Shown here: positions 8,548-18,326 of the stretch, piece by piece | How the letters are laid out: each line of letters starts with the position of its first letter | Position numbering within the stretch: position 1 is the first letter of the stretch | NCBI GenBank assembly: GCA_040903985.1 | Contig: JBBDUI010000002.1 | Location: 454,038 to 518,037, forward strand | Length of the DNA stretch: 64,000 nt | Reading direction: 5' to 3' | Origin: Candidatus Saccharimonadales bacterium | Lineage (GTDB): Bacteria; Patescibacteriota; Saccharimonadia; QS-5-54-17 | Made by a program: the position numbers and the translations under genes | Notes under the pieces: generated by a model | Database searches by the model: none | What the model was told of the DNA's origin: nothing | Seen by the model: only the letters and a program-made list of their open reading frames with translations

Positions 8548-11500
8548 ATGATGGATTTTGAGCAAGAGTATAAGAAGCTGAATCAGGCCCAAGCGGCGGC
8601 GGTCGATGCTATCGACGGACCGGTCATGGTGGTGGCTGGTCCTGGTACCGGTAAGACACAGCTTTTGAGTATGCGCGTGGCGAACATCTTGCGTCGAACC
8701 GATGCGCTGGCGCGTAACATTCTCTGCCTGACCTTTACCGAGTCGGCCGCTACAGCTATGCGGGAGCGCTTGCTGAGCTTAATCGGCTCCGAAGCTCATA
8801 AAGTTGCTATTCATACTTTTCACAGTTTCGGGGTAGAAGTGATCAATCAATACCCCGAGTACTTTTATAACGGTGCCCGTTTTACTCCATCAGATGAAGT
8901 GCTGCAGATCGAAGTGATCGAATCTATCCTGCGCTCCTTACCGCACGATAGTCCACTAGCTGCCACTATGAATGAGAAATTTGTCTATTTGCGCAGTATT
9001 AATATGGCGATTGGGCACTTGAAGAAAGCCGGTCTGACACCGACAGACTTGCGGCAGATTCTAGCGGATAATCGGCAGGCTTGTGATATGGCTGAGCCTA
9101 TTTTGCAGGAAGCCTTCGCTCTACCGCGGTTGAGTAAAAGCCATCTACCGCGCATCCGCGAGTATTACGACCAGCTGCCGAGCGGTAACGTAAGCGATCT
9201 ACCGGAGCCATTCCGGCCGTTGTTTGAAATCATGATCCACTCACTATCAGAAGCTCTAGCGGAGGCGGAGGAACTGGGGAAGACGACTCCGATAACGGCT
9301 TGGCGACTTAGTTGGTTAGAGAAGAATACCGCCGGGGATTACGTCTTTCGTGACCGTAAACGCGATCAACGTCTGAGTGCGCTGGTGGAAGTTTATGAAG
9401 GTTATAACGCAGAGCTTCTCGTCCAGGAACGCTACGATTTTTCCGACATGGTACTTCAGGTTTTGCGCGCCCTCGAGCATGAAGATGGTCTCCGCTTTAG
9501 TCTGCAGGAACAGTATCAGTATCTGATGGTCGATGAGTTCCAGGATACAAACGACGGCCAACTTCGCTTACTCTATCTTCTAGCTGATCACCCCGTACAC
9601 GAGGGCAGTCCTGATGTGATGGTGGTGGGTGACGACGACCAGGCAGTGTACAAGTTCCAAGGAGCGGAGGTGAATAACGTCCTGCATTTTCAGCGTAAAT
9701 ATGCCGGGCTGCAGCTAGTGACCTTGACGGAGAACTATCGCTCTCACCAGGCTGTATTAGAGGCAGCTAGGGAGGTGATCACCCAGGGTGAGGTACGGCT
9801 GGAGACGGAACTAGAAATGATAGATAAATCACTCCGCGCAGTAAATAGGAGCGTTCCGATCGGTGAGATCAAGCTCTCTCGACTGGAGACGGCCGAGCAT
9901 GAGTATGGTTTTGTGGCCAGTGAGATTAAACGGCTGATCGCTAGTGGTGTCCCGGCTGGCGAGATCGCCGTGCTCGGTCGTCAACACCGCTATTTAGAGG
10001 AGTTGATGGCTCACCTGCGCGCGGCCGACATCCCGGTAGTGTATGAGCGGCGCAGTGACGCCTTGCGTGAGTTTCATATCGAACAGTTAATCGATATGGC
10101 CACACTAGTGCATCTGCTTAGTCAGGGTGATCAGACTGCGGCAAACGAATATCTTTCTCGAGTCTTAAGCTATCCCTTCTGGGAGCTCGACCCGGTAGTC
10201 CTTTGGCGCTTGAGTCGACAGGCCTATGAAGAGCGGCGACTGTGGCTCGACATCATGTTGGAGGGTGGAGGTAGATTAGAGCGAATTGCACGTTGGCTGC
10301 TCGAGATCGCTCAAGCAGCTCAGGCCGAACCGGTCGAGTATGTACTGGATAGGCTGATCGGCGTCGAAGCGAAAAAAGAGTTTGTCTCGCCTTATCGCAG
10401 CTATTATTTCTCTGCAGATCGGTTCGAGCACGCCCGTGGCGAGTATCTGGTCTTTCTCTCCTCCTTGCGTTTGCTACGTAATCGCCTGCGCGAGTATCGG
10501 CATGGACAAACGATTTATCTGAGTGATTTTATCGATTTCATCGAGGTGCATCGCACTAATCATATGCCCATAGTGGATGAAACACCTTTTGTCAGCACGG
10601 ATGACGCCGTGCACGTGATGACGGCGCATAAATCGAAAGGGCTTGAGTTTCATACTGTCTTTATTATCAGCGCCCAAGAATCGGTTTGGACTAGTAGCGG
10701 TGGGCGGCAGGAGATTACCTTTCCGGTTAACCTGCCGATTACTCCACCGGGCGACGCCTTCGATGATCAGCTACGCCTCTTCTTTGTCGCTATGACTCGG
10801 GCTAAGTCAAACCTCTACATTACCAGCTACCGCCATGGTAGCGGCGGTAGAGAGGTGTTACCAGTGCCGTTTCTACCACCAGAACGGTTTGTCGATATCG
10901 ATGGGATTGCGGCGCCAGAGAGCATTGAAGTGCTGGAGACGGCCTGGCAGTCATATCATCCGCTGCCTAAGAGCGCTGATGCGCAGGCCGTGCTTAATCC
11001 GGTACTTGAGACCTATCAGCTTAACGTCACACACTTCACTAAGTTCCTAGATTTAATCAATGGCGGTCCGCATCGCTTCCTGCTCGAAAGCTTGCTGCAG
11101 TTTCCGCAGGCAAAGAGTCCGGTATCGGCATATGGCACGGCTGTGCATGCTGCACTACAGGAAGCCTACACAGAGCTGAAGCAGGGTAATCGACTCAGTG
11201 TAGCCGAGGTAATCAGCTGCTTTGAGCGACAGCTATTAAACCAGCGCTTAAAAGAGCCGGATTATTTGAAGTATCTCGATCTTGGTCACCGTGAGCTAGG
11301 CATATATCTAGAGCAACGTTACGAGCTATTCGCGTCAGAGCACTTGGTCGAGACTAGCTTCGCTAAACAAGGTGTAGCGGTGGGCGCCGCACGGCTTTCC
11401 GGTCGGCTAGATAAGATCATTTTGGATAAAGATAACCGGCGGGCTGAAGTGTACGACTTTAAGACTGGTAAGGCACTGCAGTCTTGGAGCCGCCGTTCGG

Positions 11501-11808
11501 GGAGCGAGGGGCTAAAGGCTTGGCGCTACCAGAAACAGCTAATTTTTTATAAGTTATTGGTCGAACAGTCGCGTACGTGGGGCGAATACAGGGTTGATCT
11601 TGGCTACCTCGAGTTTATCAAGCCGATCGAGGGTAAGGTCATCCTGCTCGAATACAGCATGGAGGCAGATGAGGTAGAACGGACCACCCAGTTGATTCAG
11701 GCTGTTTGGGGCTGTATCATGGCGCTCGATTTCCCGGATGTGACGCAGTATGAGAAGAGTCTAGCCGGTATCCGTCTGTTTGAGAACGATCTGCTTAAGC
11801 GGAGCTAG
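8548..11808 (+). CDS. UvrD/PcrA-family helicase fused to C-terminal PD-(D/E)xK nuclease
   Basis: AGPGTGKT, VDEFQD, VGDDDQ, ENYRS, TAHKSKGLEF, FVAMTRAK; C-terminal GRLDKI...YDFKTG...YQKQL. Confidence 0.9.
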   Translation: MMDFEQEYKKLNQAQAAAVDAIDGPVMVVAGPGTGKTQLLSMRVANILRRTDALARNILCLTFTESAATAMRERLLSLIGSEAHKVAIHTFHSFGVEVINQYPEYFYNGARFTPSDEVLQIEVIESILRSLPHDSPLAATMNEKFVYLRSINMAIGHLKKAGLTPTDLRQILADNRQACDMAEPILQEAFALPRLSKSHLPRIREYYDQLPSGNVSDLPEPFRPLFEIMIHSLSEALAEAEELGKTTPITAWRLSWLEKNTAGDYVFRDRKRDQRLSALVEVYEGYNAELLVQERYDFSDMVLQVLRALEHEDGLRFSLQEQYQYLMVDEFQDTNDGQLRLLYLLADHPVHEGSPDVMVVGDDDQAVYKFQGAEVNNVLHFQRKYAGLQLVTLTENYRSHQAVLEAAREVITQGEVRLETELEMIDKSLRAVNRSVPIGEIKLSRLETAEHEYGFVASEIKRLIASGVPAGEIAVLGRQHRYLEELMAHLRAADIPVVYERRSDALREFHIEQLIDMATLVHLLSQGDQTAANEYLSRVLSYPFWELDPVVLWRLSRQAYEERRLWLDIMLEGGGRLERIARWLLEIAQAAQAEPVEYVLDRLIGVEAKKEFVSPYRSYYFSADRFEHARGEYLVFLSSLRLLRNRLREYRHGQTIYLSDFIDFIEVHRTNHMPIVDETPFVSTDDAVHVMTAHKSKGLEFHTVFIISAQESVWTSSGGRQEITFPVNLPITPPGDAFDDQLRLFFVAMTRAKSNLYITSYRHGSGGREVLPVPFLPPERFVDIDGIAAPESIEVLETAWQSYHPLPKSADAQAVLNPVLETYQLNVTHFTKFLDLINGGPHRFLLESLLQFPQAKSPVSAYGTAVHAALQEAYTELKQGNRLSVAEVISCFERQLLNQRLKEPDYLKYLDLGHRELGIYLEQRYELFASEHLVETSFAKQGVAVGAARLSGRLDKIILDKDNRRAEVYDFKTGKALQSWSRRSGSEGLKAWRYQKQLIFYKLLVEQSRTWGEYRVDLGYLEFIKPIEGKVILLEYSMEADEVERTTQLIQAVWGCIMALDFPDVTQYEKSLAGIRLFENDLLKRS

Positions 11809-12350
11809 GCAACTTCGCCCGCGGCTTTTCGCTGTTGGTGCTGGGCAAGGAACCGCTCGCGCTCGGCCCTACCGGCCTCATTACGGTAGTAATACTGCTT
11901 GATGCTACCGAGGCTAGGCAGCTCCTCGCGGTGAGTTCCATCCGGGTCCTTGCGCCCCAGCCAGGTCTCGTAGTGCATCTTAGCGATCTCTTTGTGATCG
12001 GCGGCGGTAGTTCTTACGCGACTAGCAGCTGCTGGGGCGCTTAACCCTTTTCTCTCAGCTAGGGCGTGCAGTCCCGCTCGGGCAGGACTGCCGGCGAACT
12101 TAGAGTTTACCGCTAAGGATCCGGCGCTACTAGCCAGGCTGAGTGTGAGTAGGAGCTCACCCAAAGCGTAGTCGGCCGTATCGCAGTAATCTTCAGTCTC
12201 AGTTTGTACCTCAGTAGCGGTCGGTACTGAGGGATTCAAGTCGTAAGTCAAAGTTTCACGTTGGGCGGCAGCCGGGTCCGTGCCGACGTATGATACTTCA
12301 CGTTCGATAGTGAATAGGCTGCCTTGGTCGGATGGTTCTAATCGGCTCAT
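11805..12350 (-). CDS. Hypothetical protein
   Basis: 181 aa ORF with its own TTGATT-17-TATAGT promoter. Confidence 0.55.
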   Translation of the reverse strand: MSRLEPSDQGSLFTIEREVSYVGTDPAAAQRETLTYDLNPSVPTATEVQTETEDYCDTADYALGELLLTLSLASSAGSLAVNSKFAGSPARAGLHALAERKGLSAPAAASRVRTTAADHKEIAKMHYETWLGRKDPDGTHREELPSLGSIKQYYYRNEAGRAERERFLAQHQQRKAAGEVA

Positions 12351-12423
12351 GAATCATACTATAGCATAAGCAGCACATAAAATCAACTGAAGTAGGTGAG
12401 GGGAGAGAGGGTATAATCAAGTC

Positions 12424-12813
12424 ATGAAACATGTACTGATACTAGAGGATAGATTAGAGGTGCTGGCCGCTTTATTACTTGAGTGTGATCGTTTGGAGCA
12501 AGAATCTGGTGTGCTTCTGCGAGTGACGGTTTACTCAACCGCCACAGACGTGATTGATTTCGTTAACCCGCAGGCGGGGGAGGCATTTGACGCTATCGTT
12601 CTCGATCGTAACTGTAAGCGGGGTGATTCGTTTCATATAATCGACCTCGAGCACTTCGGACCAGATAAAATCATCTCCATCTCTTCCCTCCCCCGCTTTA
12701 ACGCTGAAGTCCGCGCGCGTGGCGTGAGCCGCAGTGTAGAGAAGGGTGAGGGCGAGCTCGGCTCTTTCGCCGCTGAAGTAGTGGCTGAGTTAGCCCAAGT
12801 ACTCAAACTCTAG
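12424..12813 (+). CDS. Single-domain response-regulator receiver-like protein
   Basis: VLILED, DAIVLD, IISISS, VEK pattern of the CheY-like fold. Confidence 0.6.
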   Translation: MKHVLILEDRLEVLAALLLECDRLEQESGVLLRVTVYSTATDVIDFVNPQAGEAFDAIVLDRNCKRGDSFHIIDLEHFGPDKIISISSLPRFNAEVRARGVSRSVEKGEGELGSFAAEVVAELAQVLKL

Positions 12814-12877
12814 TTTTTGGCATAAACGTAAGCTTTTTTGCTACACTTACAGTCAGGAAAGGGCGGGAGCAGTTAAT

Positions 12878-13885
12878 ATGCAAAAGATCGTTTTCTTCGA
12901 TACGCATGGTGGCGATAGCCGTTATTTTAAGCAGGCTTTAAAGAACCTGTTTAAGTATGAGGTAGTCACGACCCCTCAGCCGTTAAATGAAACAACTGTG
13001 ACTGAGTATGCTGACGCTGCCATAGTTTCGGTATTCGTCACCTCTGCCGTTACCGCAAAGGTGGTGGCTGCACTCCCCCAGCTCGAACTAATAGCAGCTC
13101 GCTCGACCGGTTATGATCACATCGATTTAGCGGCGGCGGCCCACCAACACACTCTAGTTAGTGTCGTTCCGAGTTATGGCGATAAGACAGTGGCCGAGTA
13201 TACCTTCATGTTGCTTTTAAGTGTGATGCGCCGCCTGGATGAGAGTCAGCGCCAAATTGAACTAGGCGTAATCAAATATCGAGAGCTGATCGGCTCCGAC
13301 TTAAACGGTAAGACCATCGGGCTGATCGGTTGTGGGCAGATCGGTCGCCAGGTGGCTAAGATAGCCCGGGGCTTTGAGATGGAAGTGATCGGCTTTGATA
13401 TCAATTCGAAAGAGTCGGAGCACATTAACTATCGTGACTTCGATACCGTTATAGCCGAGAGTGATATCATCTCGCTTCATCTGCCGGCTACCAAGCAGAC
13501 CCGGCATATTATCGATAAATCCGTACTGGAAAAGATGAAGAGTGGAGTTGTCATCCTCAATACTGCCCGGGGCGAGCTGATCGATACCAGCGCCTTAATT
13601 GAAGCACTCTACTCCGGCCGGGTCGGTGCGGCCGGGCTTGATGTAGTAGAGGGAGAGAATCTGCTGCGTCGGGAGGAGGAGATAGCTCTACTACATCCGG
13701 AAGCAAGAATGCAGGATCTGGTGCATCAGACCGAGCACAGTGTACTGCTCCGTATGCCTCAGGTAGTTTTAACGCCCCACAACGCCTTTAATTCGCGCGA
13801 GGCACTAGCCCGGATCCGCCAGACTACTAGTGAGAACATCAAGCAATTTCTCCTGCACTCACCGCAGAATATAGTCAAACCCTAG
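12878..13885 (+). CDS. D-2-hydroxyacid (D-lactate-like) dehydrogenase
   Basis: RSTGYDHID, GLIGCGQIG, NTARGELID, GLDV.EGE, TPHNAF. Confidence 0.9.
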   Translation: MQKIVFFDTHGGDSRYFKQALKNLFKYEVVTTPQPLNETTVTEYADAAIVSVFVTSAVTAKVVAALPQLELIAARSTGYDHIDLAAAAHQHTLVSVVPSYGDKTVAEYTFMLLLSVMRRLDESQRQIELGVIKYRELIGSDLNGKTIGLIGCGQIGRQVAKIARGFEMEVIGFDINSKESEHINYRDFDTVIAESDIISLHLPATKQTRHIIDKSVLEKMKSGVVILNTARGELIDTSALIEALYSGRVGAAGLDVVEGENLLRREEEIALLHPEARMQDLVHQTEHSVLLRMPQVVLTPHNAFNSREALARIRQTTSENIKQFLLHSPQNIVKP

Positions 13886-13938
13886 TCTTAAGCCTGACAC
13901 TGGCTTTATCCCTGGCTTGAGAATGGTAGAATAGTGAT

Positions 13939-14118
13939 ATGAATAAGCGCCTGCTTCAGCTCCTAGCTACGAGAAACATAGCTACTTTCAGCGGTATCGT
14001 GGTACTCGCCAGCGGTGTCGGCTTGATTTTCGACCTCTTAGTAGCCGGCTTTCTCATCGGTCTCGGTGCTGCCCTGATCGTGGCCGGTAATAAATTACAG
14101 GATAGCAAGCGCCAGTGA
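13939..14118 (+). CDS. Small two-TM membrane protein (59 aa, not in ORF track)
   Basis: MNKRLLQLLATRNIATFSGIVVLASGVGLIFDLLVAGFLIGLGAALIVAGNKLQDSKRQ; stop overlaps next start. Confidence 0.55.
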   Translation: MNKRLLQLLATRNIATFSGIVVLASGVGLIFDLLVAGFLIGLGAALIVAGNKLQDSKRQ

Positions 14119-14408
14119 TGCTCGGACTACATATTATTGGCGGCACAATAAGCTTCGGGGCCGTGCTGTACGGTTTAGTTGGGCTGGCGCGTCATAGGGT
14201 TCCGGCTCAGCTGATGTGGTTACTGCCCCTCTTAGCCGGCTGGCAGCTCCTTAGTGGTATCGGCCTAGTCTTAAGCGGTGGTAGCTGGGTACGTATTTGC
14301 GGTAGCGGTAGCATCTATCTTGTAGTAATGGGGCTGCTCTACTTACGACTGCGTCAGGCCGCCCCGGGCGACAGAAAAGCTCTGAACTTCAGTAACCAAA
14401 GAGAGTAG
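14115..14408 (+). CDS. Small membrane protein
   Basis: Three hydrophobic segments, coupled to neighbouring genes. Confidence 0.55.
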   Translation: MMLGLHIIGGTISFGAVLYGLVGLARHRVPAQLMWLLPLLAGWQLLSGIGLVLSGGSWVRICGSGSIYLVVMGLLYLRLRQAAPGDRKALNFSNQRE

Positions 14409-14414
14409 TCATTT

Positions 14415-15578
14415 ATGGCCGAGTTTATCACCTTCTTTATTATCATCTTCGCTGGACTGTTGTTCTCCGAGTTCTTCAATCGGTTGCATCTGCCTTGGGT
14501 GACGGCCCTGATCCTGTCGGGTATCGTTTTTGGTACCGAAGGCTTTAACCTAATTCAGAGTAACGAAGTCACCGACTTTTTCTCTCAGATCGGCCTGGTA
14601 TTCCTCATGTTTATGGCCGGTTTGGCGATCAACTTCTCTACCTTCCAAAGGGTCAAACGCGAAGTCGGTATCGTGAGCTTAATTAATGGTCTCGCTCCGT
14701 TGGGAATGGCACTGCTGATTGCCTCCTGGTTTAACCTCGGCACTACGGCCGGTCTTCTGCTGGCGGCCGCCCTGGTCTCCTCTTCGATTGCGGTCGTTCT
14801 ACCATCTCTTGAGGGCCGGGCGATTCTGCGGCGGAAGGCAGGGCAGACAATCTTGGCCTCGACCATCGTGCTTGATATCGTCTCCGTCACCTTCTTTTCG
14901 ATCTTAATCCAGCAGGCTACCGATACGCAGTTGCCACTACTCGTTCTCTATGTCTTCTTGGCTCTCGCCTTAGCTCTCCTTCGCATTGCCGTACCGCGGC
15001 TGGAGTCATACCTGGGGCGTAGGGATCGTCAGAAGTTTGAACAGGAGCTGCAGCTGATAGTGGGAATCTTACTCGGCACCGTTGTCCTGTTCGGGCTATT
15101 GGGCTTACATCCAGCCGAAGCTGGATTCTTCGCCGGGTTGGTCTTAAGCGATTCGGTCAACTCTCAGGTGACGCGCGCGAAACTACATGCGATCGGCTAT
15201 GGTATTTTCATTCCCGTTTTCTTCGTAATGGTCGGGGCCGAGATGCAGCTGGAAGTATTTGCTAATAACCCAACCGCTGTTTGGTTAGCCGCTGCTGTAC
15301 TAATCGGTTCAGTTACGACTAAATTCTTCAGTGGTTGGCTAGCGGGTCGATTGGTTAAGTTCACCAATCGGGAGAGCTGGTTACTGGGAGCGGCTACCAT
15401 CCCGCAGCTTAATGTGACCCTAGCGATTGCGGCTACCGGATTTGCCTATGGTTTAATCAACGAAGAACTGCTGGCCGCTATGATCATTCTGACCATTGGT
15501 ACGACCCTAGTCGCTCCGCCATTAATGAACCGTCTGGCGGCGCGCGAAGAGGCCGAGTACGTGGAATCTGCGGCTTAA
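14415..15578 (+). CDS. CPA2-family cation:proton antiporter
   Basis: About 12 TM; GLVFLMFMAGL, SSSIAVV, IFIPVFFVMVG, TKFFSG. Confidence 0.85.
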   Translation: MAEFITFFIIIFAGLLFSEFFNRLHLPWVTALILSGIVFGTEGFNLIQSNEVTDFFSQIGLVFLMFMAGLAINFSTFQRVKREVGIVSLINGLAPLGMALLIASWFNLGTTAGLLLAAALVSSSIAVVLPSLEGRAILRRKAGQTILASTIVLDIVSVTFFSILIQQATDTQLPLLVLYVFLALALALLRIAVPRLESYLGRRDRQKFEQELQLIVGILLGTVVLFGLLGLHPAEAGFFAGLVLSDSVNSQVTRAKLHAIGYGIFIPVFFVMVGAEMQLEVFANNPTAVWLAAAVLIGSVTTKFFSGWLAGRLVKFTNRESWLLGAATIPQLNVTLAIAATGFAYGLINEELLAAMIILTIGTTLVAPPLMNRLAAREEAEYVESAA

Positions 15579-15760
15579 GTTGTGCTAGCCCGAGCTAAGA
15601 CTTGCAAAGCATAAGCCTTTATGAAATACTGAGATTACAGTTCTCAAGTCGGTCAACCGCTTGATAGCAAAATCAAAAACTTAAAATAGCATGTATGAGA
15701 TTAGAGCTCCGGTTATCACCGGGGTAGCTTGCATATATACGCCCAAAAGAGGAGCCAATA

Positions 15761-15820
15761 ATGGCAATTCGTGTAACCCAGCACACTAGTGCTGAAAAAA
15801 TCCAAGTTCGCTTCCAGTAA
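15761..15820 (+). CDS. Putative 19 aa leader peptide or small protein (MAIRVTQHTSAEKIQVRFQ)
   Basis: Strong GAGGAG RBS; stop codon in the loop of a CGCTTC/GAAGCG hairpin; directly upstream of the Kef-like gene. Confidence 0.35.
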   Translation: MAIRVTQHTSAEKIQVRFQ

Positions 15821-15856
15821 GAAGCGTAACTGAAATGTGCGGCGCATAAACAACCT

Positions 15857-17530
15857 ATGGATGTATTCTTAGAGATTAGCCTTATCTTAGTAGTGGCCAC
15901 GGTAGTGGCCGCTATCATGCAGCTCTTACGTCAGCCGCTGATTATCGGACACATAATCAGCGGACTACTGGTAGGTCCAGCTGTCTTCAATCTAGTGCAG
16001 TCGACCGAAACGGTCGAGCTGTTTTCACATATGGGTATCGCGCTACTACTTTTTATTATCGGTCTCGGTCTCAATCCGCGGGTGATTCGCGAGGTGGGGA
16101 AGGTAGCGATCTTAACCGGAGTTGGTCAGATCTGCTTTACTATAACTCTTGGCTTCTTAGCGGCCCAAGCGCTCGGTTTCGCTACTACCGCTTCTATCTA
16201 TATCGCTCTTGGACTTGCCTTCTCTAGCACGATTATCATTCTGAAGCTGCTCTCAGACCGGAAAGATACGCATCGCCTCTACGGTAAGGTCGCTACCGGC
16301 TTCCTGCTAGTACAGGACATCGCTGCCGTGCTGGTCTTGGTAGCGGTGACGGCCCTAGGCAAGGATATGCCGGTAGCAGAGATCTTAACCTCTACCTTAG
16401 TTAGTGGCGCACTTTTCGTGGGGGCTATCGCACTAGTCTCGCTGTATGTACTGCCGCGTCTGACAAAGTTCCTTGCCCGTTCACAAGAATTCCTCTTCCT
16501 TTTCGCTATCGGTTGGGGCTTCGGTGCCGCCGCTCTAGCCGCCACTGTTGGTTTTTCGATCGAGATCGGCGCCCTAGCTGCCGGCGTGGCCCTAGCCGGT
16601 TCGCCCTATGCCTTTGAGGTCGCCTCGAAGATGCGGCCTTTGCGCGATTTCTTCATCGTGCTTTTCTTCATTATTCTCGGATCTGAGCTCGATCTCGGTA
16701 GTATCGGTGCTGGTTTTGTCCCGGCCATAGCCTTCACAATCCTCATTCTCATCGGCAATCCGATCATAGTTATGAGTATCATGGGCTTCCTTGGCTTTAA
16801 ACGTAAGACTAGTTTCAAGGCCGGTTTGACGGTAGCCCAGATCAGTGAGTTCTCTCTTATCCTGCTCCTGCTCGCCCGTGAGGTCGGTCATATCGACGAT
16901 CAGATTGTAGCCATGATGACCCTAGTAGCCATGGTGACGATCGCCGCTAGCACTTACATGATCTTGTATTCGGATAAACTTTATACCTGGTTTGAGCCGT
17001 ATCTGCGAGTTTTCGAGCGTAAATCACCGCGTGAAGGCAAGGAGAAGAGCGAGGAGTATGACGTGATAATGTTTGGCTTTAAACCGGGCAGTCGCGCTCT
17101 TCTTGATGGCTTTAAGCAGCTGGATACTCGGTGTCTAGTGGTTGATTACGATCCAGAAGTGGTAGATGACTTAGCTAGTGAGGGAGTAGCTGTCCTCTAC
17201 GGTGACGCTAACGATATGGAGTTTCTCAGTGATTTGCCACTCGAGGCAGCTAAGTTAATAGCGGTGACCGCGACCGACTATGCTACTAACGCGCTAGTCG
17301 CTACCCACGTCTTACAGCGTAATCCGAAGGCCATAGTTATTGTCAGGGCCGATGAGCCCCAGGAAGCGCATGAGCTGTATGAGATCGGGGTAAACTACGT
17401 GATGATGCCTCATTACTTGGGCAGTCTCGAGATTAGCCGGCGTATCACCCGGCATGGTTTGAGCGCCCGCTTGCACTTTAAGCAGGCCCGCACGGAGCAT
17501 CTAAACTACTTGCGCCGTGGCTCTAAATAG
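15857..17530 (+). CDS. Kef-type CPA2 K+/H+ antiporter with C-terminal RCK/TrkA-N domain
   Basis: LRQPLIIG, FSSTIII.KLL, LLVQD, PLRDFF, AQISEFS; C-terminal VVDYDP...YGDA. Confidence 0.9.
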   Translation: MDVFLEISLILVVATVVAAIMQLLRQPLIIGHIISGLLVGPAVFNLVQSTETVELFSHMGIALLLFIIGLGLNPRVIREVGKVAILTGVGQICFTITLGFLAAQALGFATTASIYIALGLAFSSTIIILKLLSDRKDTHRLYGKVATGFLLVQDIAAVLVLVAVTALGKDMPVAEILTSTLVSGALFVGAIALVSLYVLPRLTKFLARSQEFLFLFAIGWGFGAAALAATVGFSIEIGALAAGVALAGSPYAFEVASKMRPLRDFFIVLFFIILGSELDLGSIGAGFVPAIAFTILILIGNPIIVMSIMGFLGFKRKTSFKAGLTVAQISEFSLILLLLAREVGHIDDQIVAMMTLVAMVTIAASTYMILYSDKLYTWFEPYLRVFERKSPREGKEKSEEYDVIMFGFKPGSRALLDGFKQLDTRCLVVDYDPEVVDDLASEGVAVLYGDANDMEFLSDLPLEAAKLIAVTATDYATNALVATHVLQRNPKAIVIVRADEPQEAHELYEIGVNYVMMPHYLGSLEISRRITRHGLSARLHFKQARTEHLNYLRRGSK

Positions 17531-17562
17531 TTGCTAGCTAACTTCGCTAAATTAGTCTTCTA

Positions 17563-18207
17563 CTACTCGCTAGTTTCAGCTAGGGCGCTATCGATGATTT
17601 CGCGCCAGACCTCGATCGAGGTCGGATTTTGCTCTAAGGCTTCGCCATTAAGGTAGAAGGTAGGAGTACTGTTAACGCCTAGCTGTTGGGCGATAGCGGT
17701 ATCGCGATCGACGCGGGAGTTAACGGCGGCGAAATCACTCTCGTACTGCTCGAGATCGAGGCCTAGCTCTTCAGCGTAAGATTCGAATGTGGTTCGAGCC
17801 TGGGCGTCGCCACTCCAGTTTTGCTGTCGTTCAAACAGGAGGTCGTGCATCTCCCAGAAACGATCCTGTCGCCCGGCCGCTTCGCTAGCCCGGGCGGCAT
17901 CGTAAGCCTGGGCATGAATCTGGGTTAAGGGGAAGTGACGGTAAACCAGTCGGACGTCGTCAGGGTACTCGGCTAGCATTTGCTGGATTAGGGGCTCGGC
18001 TCCTCCACAGGCTGGACATTGGAAATCGCTATATTCAATTAGAGTGAGGGCAGCATCTTCGGGGCCGCGAGTGTGGTCTTCAGCCGTGATAGCGTGTGGC
18101 TCATCCACGTTAGCGGCGGGAGCGTTGGCATTATCGCCAAATAGCCAGACCGCACCGATCATGACGATTACTACTGTTGCCAGTGCTACCCAAAAACCTT
18201 TCCCCAT
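17563..18207 (-). CDS. DsbA-family thiol-disulfide oxidoreductase
   Basis: EYSDFQCPAC, YRHFPL, GVNSTPTFYLNG; N-terminal anchor. Confidence 0.92.
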   Translation of the reverse strand: MGKGFWVALATVVIVMIGAVWLFGDNANAPAANVDEPHAITAEDHTRGPEDAALTLIEYSDFQCPACGGAEPLIQQMLAEYPDDVRLVYRHFPLTQIHAQAYDAARASEAAGRQDRFWEMHDLLFERQQNWSGDAQARTTFESYAEELGLDLEQYESDFAAVNSRVDRDTAIAQQLGVNSTPTFYLNGEALEQNPTSIEVWREIIDSALAETSE

Positions 18208-18326
18208 GACTTCCCAGCTCCCTTATTTAGGCCTAATTATAGCTCGAGGGGTGGTCTAAGTACAGGTTTATAGTAGTCGCTTTCTTCAACCCTTAGGCTC
18301 AATACTTTATACTTATTATTAACCTT

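Noticed and set aside
8548-11808. Helicase-nuclease fusion as a novel defence gene
   Set aside because: AdnAB/AddA-like UvrD-PD-(D/E)xK fusions are ordinary repair proteins, and this one sits in core-gene context
15620-15760. c-di-AMP (ydaO) or other known riboswitch before the K+ antiporter
   Set aside because: I could not find the consensus elements by eye; kept only as an unexplained leader
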